From: an uncultured Actinomycetes bacterium
Lineage (GTDB): Bacteria; Actinomycetota; Thermoleophilia; RBG-16-64-13
Assembly: GCA_937148845.1 (NCBI GenBank)
Contig: CAKZRW010000066.1
Span: forward strand, 92-64,091
DNA: 64,000 nucleotides
Reading direction: 5' to 3'
Positions 18,966-27,446 of this stretch are shown here, piece after piece. Every line of letters starts with the position of its first letter. Position 1 is the stretch's first letter. The translations under genes and the position numbers were made by a program. The notes under the pieces are model-generated. The model was not told the origin of the DNA. It made no database searches and saw nothing but the letters and a program-made list of their open reading frames with translations.

Positions 18966-20320
18966 TCTCCTCCATCCGGCGGACTAAGGTCCGGGCGAAG
19001 CGGCCGGTGCTTGGCGATGAGATCGCCGTAGGTCTCCCGCTCGATTATGACTCTGGCCCTGCCTTCGCGCACCATCACCACGGCTGGCCGTAGACTTCCG
19101 TTGTAGTTCGAGGCCATCGCATAACAGTAGGCCCCAGTGGCAGGCATGACCAGGGTATCCCCTGGCTCAGGCCGGGCGATCACGGCCTCTCGCAGCAAGA
19201 TGTCACCACTTTCGCAGTGCTTTCCGGCCACGGTGACCACCGTGTCGGCCGGCCACTCCGCCTTGTTGGCCAGCATGGCCTCATACTCCGCGCCGTATAG
19301 CATGGGACGGATGTTGTCACTCATCCCGCCATCCACGCTCACATAGGTACGCACACCGGGGATGGCCTTTATGGTGCCCACGGTATAGGCGGTGACTCCT
19401 GCCTTCCCGACGATAGATCGTCCTGGTTCGATGAGCACTCGCGGCATAGGGAGACCAAGGGCGCTCATCTCTTCTCGCACCCCCTCGACTTTGACCGCCG
19501 CGTATTCGCCGATCGAGGAGGGGGCGTCTTCTCTTGTGTACCGGATGCCCAGTCCGCCGCCGACATTCAGATAGCGGCAATCGAAGCCGAGCCTCTCCCT
19601 GGCTTCGGCAATGAGCCCCACAAGGATCTCGATGGCTTTGCGGTAAGCCTCTAACTGGAAGATCTGACTACCGATGTGAGCATGAAGACCTATCAGCTCC
19701 AAGGAGGGGGAAGCCAGGGCCTGACGGATAGCTTCAAGCGCGATCCCTTCGGCCAGGCCGAACCCAAACTTGGAGTCTAGCTGACCCGTCTGGATATAGG
19801 AGTGGGTATGGGCTTCGATGCCGGGCGTGATACGGAGGAGGATCTTCTGCCGTGACCCGCTGTCTCGGCCCCGAGCTTCGACCAACTCCTCAAGGAGCTT
19901 CAACTCCTGGAAGCTATCCACGATCACAAAGCCCACACCGCCGGCCAGAGCGTATTCCAGCTCTTCTCTGGTCTTGTTGTTACCGTGGAAGAAGATCTTC
20001 TCGGGCGGGAAGCCCGCCGCCCTTGCGATGTGGTACTCACCCCCCGAGGACACGTCTACGGAGAGCCCTTCCTCGAGGACCAGCTGCTCGACGGCGAGGG
20101 CTGGGAACGCCTTGCTGGCATAGATGATCTCGAAATCGTCGGTGTGCTGAGCGAACGCCTCTCGGTAACGCGTGCATTGGTCCCGTATTGACTCTTCGTC
20201 GTAGATGAGCAGCGGCGTCCCGAAAGCCGCCACCAGTTCCACGACATCGCAGCCAGCTATCTCTAGGTGCCCAGACGCGTTGTGGCGCGCCGTGATCGGA
20301 TAGACAAGTGTGTGAGTCAA
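18962..20320 (-). CDS. lysA: Diaminopimelate decarboxylase
   Basis: YASKAF, GGGLGI and CESGD motifs. Start set at the TTG at 20320, 5 nt after GGAGG. The upstream 68 codons of the ORF are not LysA-like. Confidence 0.9.
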   Translation of the reverse strand: MTHTLVYPITARHNASGHLEIAGCDVVELVAAFGTPLLIYDEESIRDQCTRYREAFAQHTDDFEIIYASKAFPALAVEQLVLEEGLSVDVSSGGEYHIARAAGFPPEKIFFHGNNKTREELEYALAGGVGFVIVDSFQELKLLEELVEARGRDSGSRQKILLRITPGIEAHTHSYIQTGQLDSKFGFGLAEGIALEAIRQALASPSLELIGLHAHIGSQIFQLEAYRKAIEILVGLIAEARERLGFDCRYLNVGGGLGIRYTREDAPSSIGEYAAVKVEGVREEMSALGLPMPRVLIEPGRSIVGKAGVTAYTVGTIKAIPGVRTYVSVDGGMSDNIRPMLYGAEYEAMLANKAEWPADTVVTVAGKHCESGDILLREAVIARPEPGDTLVMPATGAYCYAMASNYNGSLRPAVVMVREGRARVIIERETYGDLIAKHRPLRPDLSPPDGGE

Positions 20321-20352
20321 GACAACCTCCAGGCAGGAAACACGCGGGTACC

Positions 20353-20380
20353 TTATCACACAACGCGAAGCTGGTAGAAT
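20353..20380 (+). promoter_or_regulatory. Candidate promoter giving a near-leaderless mRNA
   Basis: TTATCA, 16-nt spacer, TAGAAT (20375-20380), with the ATG at 20392. The -10 is bracketed by the 8-bp inverted repeat CGAAGCTG / CAGCTTCG. Confidence 0.4.
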
Positions 20381-20391
20381 GCAGCTTCGGC

Positions 20392-20748
20392 ATGAGGGAA
20401 CAACTGCCCACTTTCGCTTATTACCGGGGCACCAAAGAGCCCGAATTCGCGACTCGCACTGAGCTTGAGGCGGCCAAGTTGTTCGACTACCACCGCATAG
20501 CTTGGGAGTACGAACCGCGTACATTCATCCTGGAAGAAGACGACCAGGGCAACATTCTGGAAGCCTTCACTCCCGACTTCTATCTGCCCGACCTCGACCT
20601 CTACGTGGAAGTCACGGAGATGAAGCAATCCTTGGTCACGGCCAAGAATCGTAAGGTGCGCAAGCTGCGCGAACGCTACCCCGACATCAAGATCAAGCTG
20701 CTTTATCGCAAGGACTTCGTGCGCTTGGCCCAGAAATACGGTCTGTGA
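20392..20748 (+). CDS. Small PD-(D/E)XK nuclease-fold protein (TnsA-N/DUF1064-like pattern)
   Basis: 118 aa. WEYEP...FTPDFYLP..DLYVEVTEMK fits the D...(D/E)xK restriction-endonuclease-like core. Confidence 0.5.
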   Translation: MREQLPTFAYYRGTKEPEFATRTELEAAKLFDYHRIAWEYEPRTFILEEDDQGNILEAFTPDFYLPDLDLYVEVTEMKQSLVTAKNRKVRKLRERYPDIKIKLLYRKDFVRLAQKYGL

Positions 20749-20755
20749 GGTCCGC

Positions 20756-21307
20756 ATGCCTGTCACCGGTCCCATCTTCCTCACCGCAGAGGCCCTCGAG
20801 CGCCGCGTGGCGGAGTTGGGAGCCGAGATCAGCCGCGACTTCGCCGGCGGAGAGGTGCTGCTGGTGGGCATCCTCAAGGGCGCGGTCTTCTTTCTCGCCG
20901 ACCTGGCTCGGGCCATCCACGTTCCTCTGGAGATCGACTTCCTCAGTCTCAGTTCCTACCACAAGGAGCACCATCAGATCGGCGCCAAGACCATCCGCTT
21001 TCTGAAAGACCTTGACCAGCCCATCAAGGACAAGAACGTGATAGTGGTCCAGGACATGGTGGACTCCGGGTTGACTTACCACTTCATCCACCGGTCGCTG
21101 AGCTTGCGGCGGCCGCGCCGGTTGGAGGCCTGCACCTTGTTCGACCGGCCACAGCTACGGCTGGTCGACATCGAAGTACGCTACCGCGGCTTTGAAGTCC
21201 CGGACGACTTCTTCGTCGGCTATGGCCTCGACTACCAACAGTACTATCGTAATCTTCCCTACGTAGCTTATCTGGAGCCGAGTAGCCTCCAGCAATCCCT
21301 CTTCTGA
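20756..21307 (+). CDS. hpt: Hypoxanthine phosphoribosyltransferase
   Basis: LLVGILKGA and the VIVVQDMVDSGLT PRPP-binding motif. Confidence 0.92.
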   Translation: MPVTGPIFLTAEALERRVAELGAEISRDFAGGEVLLVGILKGAVFFLADLARAIHVPLEIDFLSLSSYHKEHHQIGAKTIRFLKDLDQPIKDKNVIVVQDMVDSGLTYHFIHRSLSLRRPRRLEACTLFDRPQLRLVDIEVRYRGFEVPDDFFVGYGLDYQQYYRNLPYVAYLEPSSLQQSLF

Positions 21308-21320
21308 GGGAGAGCAGACC

Positions 21321-21365
21321 GAGAAAGAGCCGACTGGAAAAGAGCTGACTAGAAAAGAGCTGGGC
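21321..21365. repeat. Three tandem ~15-nt repeats (GAAAAGAGCTGACT-like)
   Basis: gagaaagagccgact / ggaaaagagctgact / agaaaagagctgggc, in the hpt-hydrolase intergenic region. Confidence 0.8.
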
Positions 21366-21396
21366 TCCACAGATCCCGGCCGACCGCATCTGACCT

Positions 21397-22245
21397 ATGG
21401 AAACGTCCGCTATGGATATCTCGACGGTTGCCCTCTCGGTGCCAGCCCACCCTGGTTCCCGGGAAGACCTGACCCTGGCCGCTACCCTGTACCGACCCCG
21501 CTCATCGCGGCTATCGTCTGCGTTTGCGGCCGGGGCCACCCTCCCGGCTTCGGCCTTGCCTGCTGAGCCCGAGGCTGGGAAAAGGCCTGCGCTGGTGGTA
21601 GGCCATGGGGCGAGCAGCCACCGAGGGAGACACGCAGAGTTCTGCAGGGTGGCTTGCAATCACGGTTTTCTGGTTCTGGCAATTGATTTCCGAGGCCACG
21701 GCGAAAGCCGAGGGATGGCAGACGGCGACCTTGACCTCGATCTGGTCGCGGCCGCGCGGTTCCTGCGCGAGCAAGGAGAAGTCGACCCCGACCGCATCTA
21801 CTACAGGGGCTCCAGCATGGGCGGCTACTACGGTATACGAGCCGCACCTGCAGCAGGCTTCGCCGGCCTGGTCCTACTTTGCCCGGCCAGCCGCAGAGTT
21901 CTTCTGGACGCGGTGAGGAAGGCCGAGAAAGGCCAAGACAGCAGTCGGGCCTCTGCGGCCGACTCATCCCCCGCCCGCTGGGACCTAGCGAGGATGCGCC
22001 GTTATCTGGAAAAACAAAAGGAGTGGGAAGGTGTCTGGCAGGTCACCTGCCCAGTTCTTGTCGTCCACGCCCGGGATGATGAAGTTGTGCCCTTCGAGCA
22101 GTCCCTCGAGCTGGCCCGGCGCCTTCCCGGCGAGGTCACCCTAAAGATCCTCCCCGGCGGCAGCCACACCTCGGCCCAACACGACCCCGCCGTCCATTGC
22201 TGTACCGTCCACTGGCTCGCCGACCTGGCAGGACGGAAAGGGTGA
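21397..22245 (+). CDS. Alpha/beta hydrolase
   Basis: DFRGHGES, nucleophile elbow GSSMGG, and a C-terminal D...H region. Confidence 0.75.
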   Translation: METSAMDISTVALSVPAHPGSREDLTLAATLYRPRSSRLSSAFAAGATLPASALPAEPEAGKRPALVVGHGASSHRGRHAEFCRVACNHGFLVLAIDFRGHGESRGMADGDLDLDLVAAARFLREQGEVDPDRIYYRGSSMGGYYGIRAAPAAGFAGLVLLCPASRRVLLDAVRKAEKGQDSSRASAADSSPARWDLARMRRYLEKQKEWEGVWQVTCPVLVVHARDDEVVPFEQSLELARRLPGEVTLKILPGGSHTSAQHDPAVHCCTVHWLADLAGRKG

Positions 22246-22268
22246 GGCCGAAAAGCAGTGGCAGCGGT

Positions 22269-22601
22269 TCAGCGCAAACAGTTCACGTACCTGTGCAGCA
22301 GAGAGAAAGCGCGCTCGAACGCGCTCGGGTCCATACTGGGGCCCATTTCCTCGCGAAGGCACTCCCGAAGATGGTGAGCGATCAGGTGCGCCCCCACCCC
22401 GTCAAGAGCGGAGCGCACTGCAGCAAGTTGGGTGAGGATCTGCTCGCAGTCCTTGCCTTCCTCCAGCATGCGCCTCAGACCTCGCACCTGGCCTTCCACC
22501 CGGGCCAGACGATGGAGGATGCGCGAAGGATCCTGTTCCCCGTTGTACTCGCTCGCACCGTGCCCGCTTGCACCGTGCCTCTCGCTGGGCCGCTCGTCCA
22601 C
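22269..22601 (-). CDS. csoR: CsoR/RcnR family metal-sensing repressor
   Basis: RLARVEGQVRGL..M.E....C..ILTQ..AV..AL......HHL..C. The GTG at 22601 follows GGAGGG. The rest of ORF 22269..22805 overlaps the tRNA. Confidence 0.8.
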   Translation of the reverse strand: MDERPSERHGASGHGASEYNGEQDPSRILHRLARVEGQVRGLRRMLEEGKDCEQILTQLAAVRSALDGVGAHLIAHHLRECLREEMGPSMDPSAFERAFSLLHRYVNCLR

Positions 22602-22775
22602 AGTGCCAGCCCTCCTACCTACCCTGCTGCCCCAGCTTGCCCTGGTTGCCTCATGATACCCCAGGGGGTACCGTGGAGCAAGCCCATTGAATGAGGAGGG
22701 CCGAGCAAGACCAGAGCAAGCTGAACAATGCGGGTCAGACTCAAGGCAGAGGAAGCGGCGACCGCACAAAAAAGG

Positions 22776-22848
22776 AGCGGAGTACGGGATTCGAACCCGC
22801 GACATCCAGCTTGGGAAGCTGGCACTCTACCAACTGAGTTAACTCCGC
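22776..22848 (-). tRNA. tRNA-Gly (anticodon CCC)
   Basis: Hand-folded cloverleaf with acceptor GCGGAGT/ACTCCGC, D arm ACTC/GAGT, and anticodon arm CCAGC-TTCCCAA-GCTGG. The T arm is GCGGG-TTCGAAT-CCCGT. CCA is not encoded. Confidence 0.9.
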
Positions 22849-23006
22849 TCGCTCCGGTAGCCCGGTGTTATCGGCCCCGGGTGTAGTGATTCTAGCATAG
22901 AACAAGCCCCTTGGGGATCGCCTGAGTACGCTCAGGGCGTACCCCCCGTCCGCCCAAGAGTAGCGCACACACCGTCATTTCCTGCGTGCCCACCCCTCAG
23001 CGAGAC

Positions 23007-23034
23007 TTGACCGATCGCTGGAGCCGTGTAGAAT
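23007..23034 (+). promoter_or_regulatory. Strong sigma-70-like promoter with no downstream CDS
   Basis: TTGACC, 16-nt spacer, TAGAAT. Confidence 0.55.
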
Positions 23035-23040
23035 ATGAAT

Positions 23041-23195
23041 AGAGTCCCGAGAGCTCAGACGCGGCGTCTGAGGAGCTTACAAGGGGGCCCGCGGAGGAAA
23101 TGCGGAGGTAAATGGCCGCAGAGTACAGAGAGGCGGGAACGAAGTGAGAGCCGGTGAAAGACGTAAAGCGAGTGCACTCGGGGCTCGCTTTTTTT
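23041..23195 (+). ncRNA. Candidate ~155-nt small RNA (unknown family)
   Basis: Bounded by the promoter above and a hairpin plus T7 terminator. Purine-rich with several GGA/GGAGG motifs. No ORF longer than 43 codons, and the next gene is on the opposite strand. Confidence 0.4.
23167..23195 (+). terminator. Intrinsic terminator
   Basis: AGCGAGT...GCTCGCT stem followed by seven T residues. It may also serve mutM on the other strand. Confidence 0.65.
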
Positions 23196-23258
23196 CGCGG
23201 CCGTGACGGGGCCTTCTAACGCGGGCCTTGTAGCCCAGGCCCCTCTAGCCCGGCCTGT

Positions 23259-24080
23259 TCAGCGTTGGCAATCCGGGCAGTAAGTGGTGCCCCTTCCCGC
23301 GACGACGACCCTCGTCATGGTCCCGCCACAACGACGGCAAGGCTCTCCTTTACGGCCATAGGCTTGCAGCCAATCTTGGAAGCCGCCGGTCTGCCCCTGA
23401 GTATCGACGAAATCGGAGAATGAGCAACCAAGAAGTCTCACTCCTTCCCCGAGGCGTCTCCTGATCTCCTCCGACAGGCTGGCGACCTCTGCCTCACTCA
23501 AGGCGCCCGCGGGCCGCAAGGGGGAAAGGCCGGTCCACCACAGCACCTCATCCGCGTAGATGTTGCCCAAGCCCGCCAATACGCTCTGATCCAGGAGGAC
23601 CGCCTTGAGCGGTGCCTTGCGGCCAGCTAGCCGGCCGGCCAGGTATGGCGCGTCCCAGTCGCCCAGCCAGGCATCGGGACCCAGACGGGCGAGACGAGGG
23701 GCAGGCCCACCCCAGGTGAGATGCACCCGCCCAAACTTACGCGTGTCCCGGAAGCGCAGTGAAAACGGTCGGCCTGAGCTACCACGGAGTAAGAAGACAA
23801 ACCGCGTGTGGTCATCAACAGGGGCCTCATCCAGCAGGAGCTGCCCCGTCATGCCCAGATGAAGGGTCAGACAAGGGCCCGCCTCCAAGCCTATGATGAG
23901 GAACTTGCCCAGCCGGCCGACGTCCTCGACCCGCTTGCCGGGGAGGCTTTCTTTCAGCTCCTCCTCGTCACAATCCTCGAGCATGGCAGGTTCTAACCGC
24001 TCCACGCGCAGGAACTCCGCCCCCGGCAAACACTGGGCCAATTGCCGGCGGATGGTCTCGACCTCTGGCAGTTCGGGCAT
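23259..24080 (-). CDS. mutM: Formamidopyrimidine-DNA glycosylase
   Basis: MPELPEVET N-terminus (catalytic Pro2 requires the start at 24080) and a C-terminal zinc finger CRRCG...CPDCQ. Confidence 0.9.
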   Translation of the reverse strand: MPELPEVETIRRQLAQCLPGAEFLRVERLEPAMLEDCDEEELKESLPGKRVEDVGRLGKFLIIGLEAGPCLTLHLGMTGQLLLDEAPVDDHTRFVFLLRGSSGRPFSLRFRDTRKFGRVHLTWGGPAPRLARLGPDAWLGDWDAPYLAGRLAGRKAPLKAVLLDQSVLAGLGNIYADEVLWWTGLSPLRPAGALSEAEVASLSEEIRRRLGEGVRLLGCSFSDFVDTQGQTGGFQDWLQAYGRKGEPCRRCGGTMTRVVVAGRGTTYCPDCQR

Positions 24081-24096
24081 GCCCGACCTTTCCCGC

Positions 24097-25905
24097 CTAC
24101 ATACTGTCGGGAGCACTCACGCCCAGCAGGTCGAGACAGCGGGCTATCACCCGCTTGGTCACCAGGCACAGGGCCAATCGCGAGGAAGCCAGCAGCGGCG
24201 GCGCGCCTATCACCCGGCAATGCTTATAGAAGACGTGAAAGTCGGCCGCTAGATCTTGAGCGTAGGCAGCCAGCCGGTGCGGCGCCCTCCGCGCCGCCGC
24301 CTCCTGTACCACCCACGAGAAGCTGTCCAACCGCTTTATGAGGTTGCGCTCGTAGGGCGAAGCGTACACTTGCGGGTCGCCCCCTACCGCGGCCACCAAG
24401 TCAGGCGGCGCGTTGCGGATGATGCTGGCAATACGGGCGTGAGCGTACTGCACGTAGTAGACAGGGTTCTCCTGCGACTGCCGCCGAGCCAGGCCTAGGT
24501 CAAGGTCCAAAGTCTGATCATGTGAGCGCATGACTAAGAAGAAACGAGCGGCATCAACCCCGATGGCCTCGATGAGTTCCGCCAAGGTGACCATCTCACC
24601 TCGGCGAGTCGACATCTGTCGTGTCTCGCCCTCTTCCATGAGGTTGACTAGTTGCCCGATGATGACCTCAAGCACCCCTGGCCGGCCGGCCAGGATCTCG
24701 ACGGCAGCCATCATCCGAGGCACGTAGCCGTGGTGATCCGCCCCCCAGATGTTTATGAGATGCTCGAAGCCCCTCTCTAGCTTGTCTTCGTGGTAGGCGA
24801 TGTCGGCGGCGAAGTAAGTGGGGCGCCCGTTCCTGCGTATGAGGACGCGGTCTTTGTCGTCGCCACGGGCGCTGGTGCGTAGCCAGACGGCGTCTCCCTT
24901 GTAGTAGGCCTCGCCGCTGGCCAGCAGCCTTTCCACCACCTGCTGGAGCCGGCCACTGGTATGCAGGGTAGTCTCGCTGAACCAGCAATCGAACTCCACC
25001 CCGAAGGCTGCCAGCTCCTCCCGGATGCTCTTCAGCATCAGCTCGCAACCGCGGGTGCGGAAGAAGGTCACCGCCTCTTCCACAGCGCTGTCGCTCGGCC
25101 ATTCGCTGGGAAGCCCCGCGGTTTCTTCCTCCTCGGCTTCCTCTTCCTGTTCCAGCTCCGCTCCCACTGCCGTACCTCCGACAGCAGAAGAACGTGGCTC
25201 TGCGTCACTCTGACCCTGGGCCAAAGACTCCGCCACCTCGCGCAGCACCGGCAGGTACTGGTCGCCCACCTCGTCCCGCAGAACGGCTGCGATATCCTTG
25301 ACATACTCGCCGAAATAGCCATCCTCTGGCACGGGAAGATCCACCCCCAAAGACTGGGCGTAGCGAGCCGCGATACTGCGACCGAAACGGTCCATCTGCC
25401 GGCCATAGTCGTTGATGTAGTACTCGGTGGAGACCTCAGCACCGCTGAACACCAACAGCCGGTATAGAGAGTCGCCGTAGGCGGCGTAACGACCGTGGCC
25501 GACGTGGAGCGGCCCGTTCGGGTTGACACTGACGAACTCCAGGTTCACCCGGGGGTGAGGGCGCCTTTCCCCTCGGCCTACCTCTTCGCCCTGCGCAAGC
25601 AGGTCGGTCATCACCTTGGCATAGGCCTTCTGCCCCAGCGTGAAGTTGAGGAACCCGGGTCCGGCTACCTCCACCTTTTCGACCAGATCGGCCAGCTCAG
25701 GATCGGCCACTAACCAGGCGCGGAGATCCTCTGCCAGTACGCGCGGTGGCTTGCCCGCCGCTCGCGCCAGTTGAAGACAGAGAGGGGTGGCATAGTCGCC
25801 ATGGGCCTCGTCTGCCGGACGCTCCAACCGACAGGCGGGTAACTCCGTCAAGCCTCGGGCCGAGGCCCAGGCATCCACTACTTGCTGCACTTTTTCCGTG
25901 ATCAA
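24097..25905 (-). CDS. argS: Arginine--tRNA ligase (with an acidic insertion)
   Basis: PNGPLHVGHGR, QMSTRRG, and a C-terminal anticodon-binding domain ending in M. Confidence 0.95.
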   Translation of the reverse strand: MITEKVQQVVDAWASARGLTELPACRLERPADEAHGDYATPLCLQLARAAGKPPRVLAEDLRAWLVADPELADLVEKVEVAGPGFLNFTLGQKAYAKVMTDLLAQGEEVGRGERRPHPRVNLEFVSVNPNGPLHVGHGRYAAYGDSLYRLLVFSGAEVSTEYYINDYGRQMDRFGRSIAARYAQSLGVDLPVPEDGYFGEYVKDIAAVLRDEVGDQYLPVLREVAESLAQGQSDAEPRSSAVGGTAVGAELEQEEEAEEEETAGLPSEWPSDSAVEEAVTFFRTRGCELMLKSIREELAAFGVEFDCWFSETTLHTSGRLQQVVERLLASGEAYYKGDAVWLRTSARGDDKDRVLIRRNGRPTYFAADIAYHEDKLERGFEHLINIWGADHHGYVPRMMAAVEILAGRPGVLEVIIGQLVNLMEEGETRQMSTRRGEMVTLAELIEAIGVDAARFFLVMRSHDQTLDLDLGLARRQSQENPVYYVQYAHARIASIIRNAPPDLVAAVGGDPQVYASPYERNLIKRLDSFSWVVQEAAARRAPHRLAAYAQDLAADFHVFYKHCRVIGAPPLLASSRLALCLVTKRVIARCLDLLGVSAPDSM

Positions 25906-25944
25906 GCCTTACCAGTCCTCTCCCTAGACTTCACGACCTAGGAC

Positions 25945-26976
25945 TCAGGAACCATCTCCCTTGGGCCCGAGCAACTCTTCCAGTTTGGCGATCTCGGTGG
26001 GGGTCCCGATGGCTATGACCATGTCTCCCTCCCGCAAACAAGTCTGCCCCGAGGGGTTGGTGTCGAATACCCCGGTGTCAGACCGCCGCACCGCCAATAT
26101 GCTGGCCCCGGTCTCGCGCCGCACGGCCAAGGCCTCGAGGGACTTCCCCACCGCTGGACTCCCGGGACGAAGAGCGAACTCCTCCAACCTGAACTCCAGC
26201 TGTCCCCCACCCGTGATTACCTCCAGGTAGTCGCTGACTGCGGGTTTGAGTACGAGAGTGGCCATCCGCTCACCGCCGATCCCGTAGAGCGAGACCACAT
26301 GGTCGGCCCCGGCTCTTTTCAGCTTGCTGGCCGCGTCGTCGGACCCGGCCCGGGCCACGATCAACAAAGCCGGGTTCAGCACCCGAGCAGAAAGCGTAAC
26401 GTAGATGTTCCCGGCATCAGATCCCACCGCAGCCACCAGGCCTCTAGCCCGACGCACACCCGCCGCTTCAAGGACCTCGTCAGCGGTAGCGTCCCCGCGG
26501 ATCGCTAGAAGACCCTCGGTCTCCGCTTGGGCCACAGCCTCCGGATCGTTGTCGACGACGACAAACTTGGCTTTGTGACTGGAGAACTGTCGAGCCACCG
26601 CCTGACCGACCCTGCCGTAGCCGCAGATGATGTAGTGTCCTTGAAGCCTTTCCACTTGCCGCTTCACCGCCCTTCGCTTGAAGACCCCGGCGAGCTGTTC
26701 GCCCAGCACGAACTGGGCCATGCGTCCGAGGCCATACAGGATAGCTCCTACTCCCACCACGACCAGCACCATGGTGAACACCGTACCGGTCGTCGACAGG
26801 GGATGTACCTCCCGGTAACCCACCGTGAAGATGGTGATCACCGTCATGTACAGGCAGTCGAGCAGCCCCCACCCCTCTATGAGCCGGTAGCCGACCGTGC
26901 CTACGACCACTACCGCTACCAGAGAACCGACGAAGGCGAGAACTGCCTGTGCTTCCTGTCTCCGTGAGCCGAACAT
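25945..26976 (-). CDS. Two-TM K+ channel-like protein with RCK (TrkA-N/TrkA-C) domains and an atypical filter
   Basis: Pore helix plus TIFTVGYREV, and IICGYGRVG Rossmann RCK-N and RCK-C domains. The ATG at 26976 lies just after the rlmH stop. Confidence 0.8.
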   Translation of the reverse strand: MFGSRRQEAQAVLAFVGSLVAVVVVGTVGYRLIEGWGLLDCLYMTVITIFTVGYREVHPLSTTGTVFTMVLVVVGVGAILYGLGRMAQFVLGEQLAGVFKRRAVKRQVERLQGHYIICGYGRVGQAVARQFSSHKAKFVVVDNDPEAVAQAETEGLLAIRGDATADEVLEAAGVRRARGLVAAVGSDAGNIYVTLSARVLNPALLIVARAGSDDAASKLKRAGADHVVSLYGIGGERMATLVLKPAVSDYLEVITGGGQLEFRLEEFALRPGSPAVGKSLEALAVRRETGASILAVRRSDTGVFDTNPSGQTCLREGDMVIAIGTPTEIAKLEELLGPKGDGS

Positions 26977-26981
26977 GTCAA

Positions 26982-27443
26982 TCAATAGTGGTAGGGTTCG
27001 CCTCGTTCGATCCGGCAGGCTCGATAGAGTTGTTCGACCACGAGACAGCGGACCAGCTGGTGAGGCAAGGTCAACCGCGAGAGGGACCATACCAGGTCGG
27101 CTTCCGTCAGGAGTTCAGCCGGCAGACCCGCAGGCCCACCGATGACGAATTGGAAGTGGCTCTGCCCCGCCGACTTGCGCTGGGCAAGATACGCGCTCAG
27201 CTCTTCTGACGACAACTCCCGTCCCTTCGCGTCGAGCACCACCAGATCAGCCCGCTCCCGCAAAAGACCCTGGAGAGCCGCCCCCTCTTTGGTCCGCGCC
27301 TGCTGCAGGCCCTGTTTGAGAGGCCGCTCCGGCACCTCCAGGACTTGCAGCTCCGCGTAGGGCCGCAGGAGACCCTCGTAGTGACGCCACAACGGCAGGT
27401 ACTCCCGGTTCAAGCGCCCTACGCAGATCAGAGTTATCCGCAT
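26982..27443 (-). CDS. rlmH: 23S rRNA (pseudouridine1915-N3)-methyltransferase
   Basis: 153-aa SPOUT protein, FVIGGPAGL...LSLSRLTLPHQL. Confidence 0.9.
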   Translation of the reverse strand: MRITLICVGRLNREYLPLWRHYEGLLRPYAELQVLEVPERPLKQGLQQARTKEGAALQGLLRERADLVVLDAKGRELSSEELSAYLAQRKSAGQSHFQFVIGGPAGLPAELLTEADLVWSLSRLTLPHQLVRCLVVEQLYRACRIERGEPYHY

Positions 27444-27446
27444 CGA

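Noticed and set aside
20321-20524. N-terminal 68 codons of the lysA ORF
   Set aside because: Not LysA-like. A GGAGG-spaced TTG at 20320 fits the conserved N-terminus, and the extension would run through the divergent promoter region.
22602-22968. Upstream part of ORF 22269..22805, and ORF 22741..22968
   Set aside because: Both overlap the tRNA-Gly gene. The CsoR domain starts at the GTG at 22601 with its own RBS.
23035-23166. Short ORFs inside the sRNA candidate: a 43-codon basic ORF from ATG 23035 and an 11-codon ORF after GGAGGTAA
   Set aside because: The first ATG lies between the -10 box and the predicted TSS. The second has 3-nt SD spacing and encodes only 11 aa. Neither is convincing, though a leader peptide cannot be excluded.
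26890-26910. A second TVGYR string (VVGTVGYRLIEG) as a duplicated selectivity filter
   Set aside because: It lies in the first TM and interfacial region typical of RCK channels (G..GY..IEGW). The similarity to the filter is coincidental.
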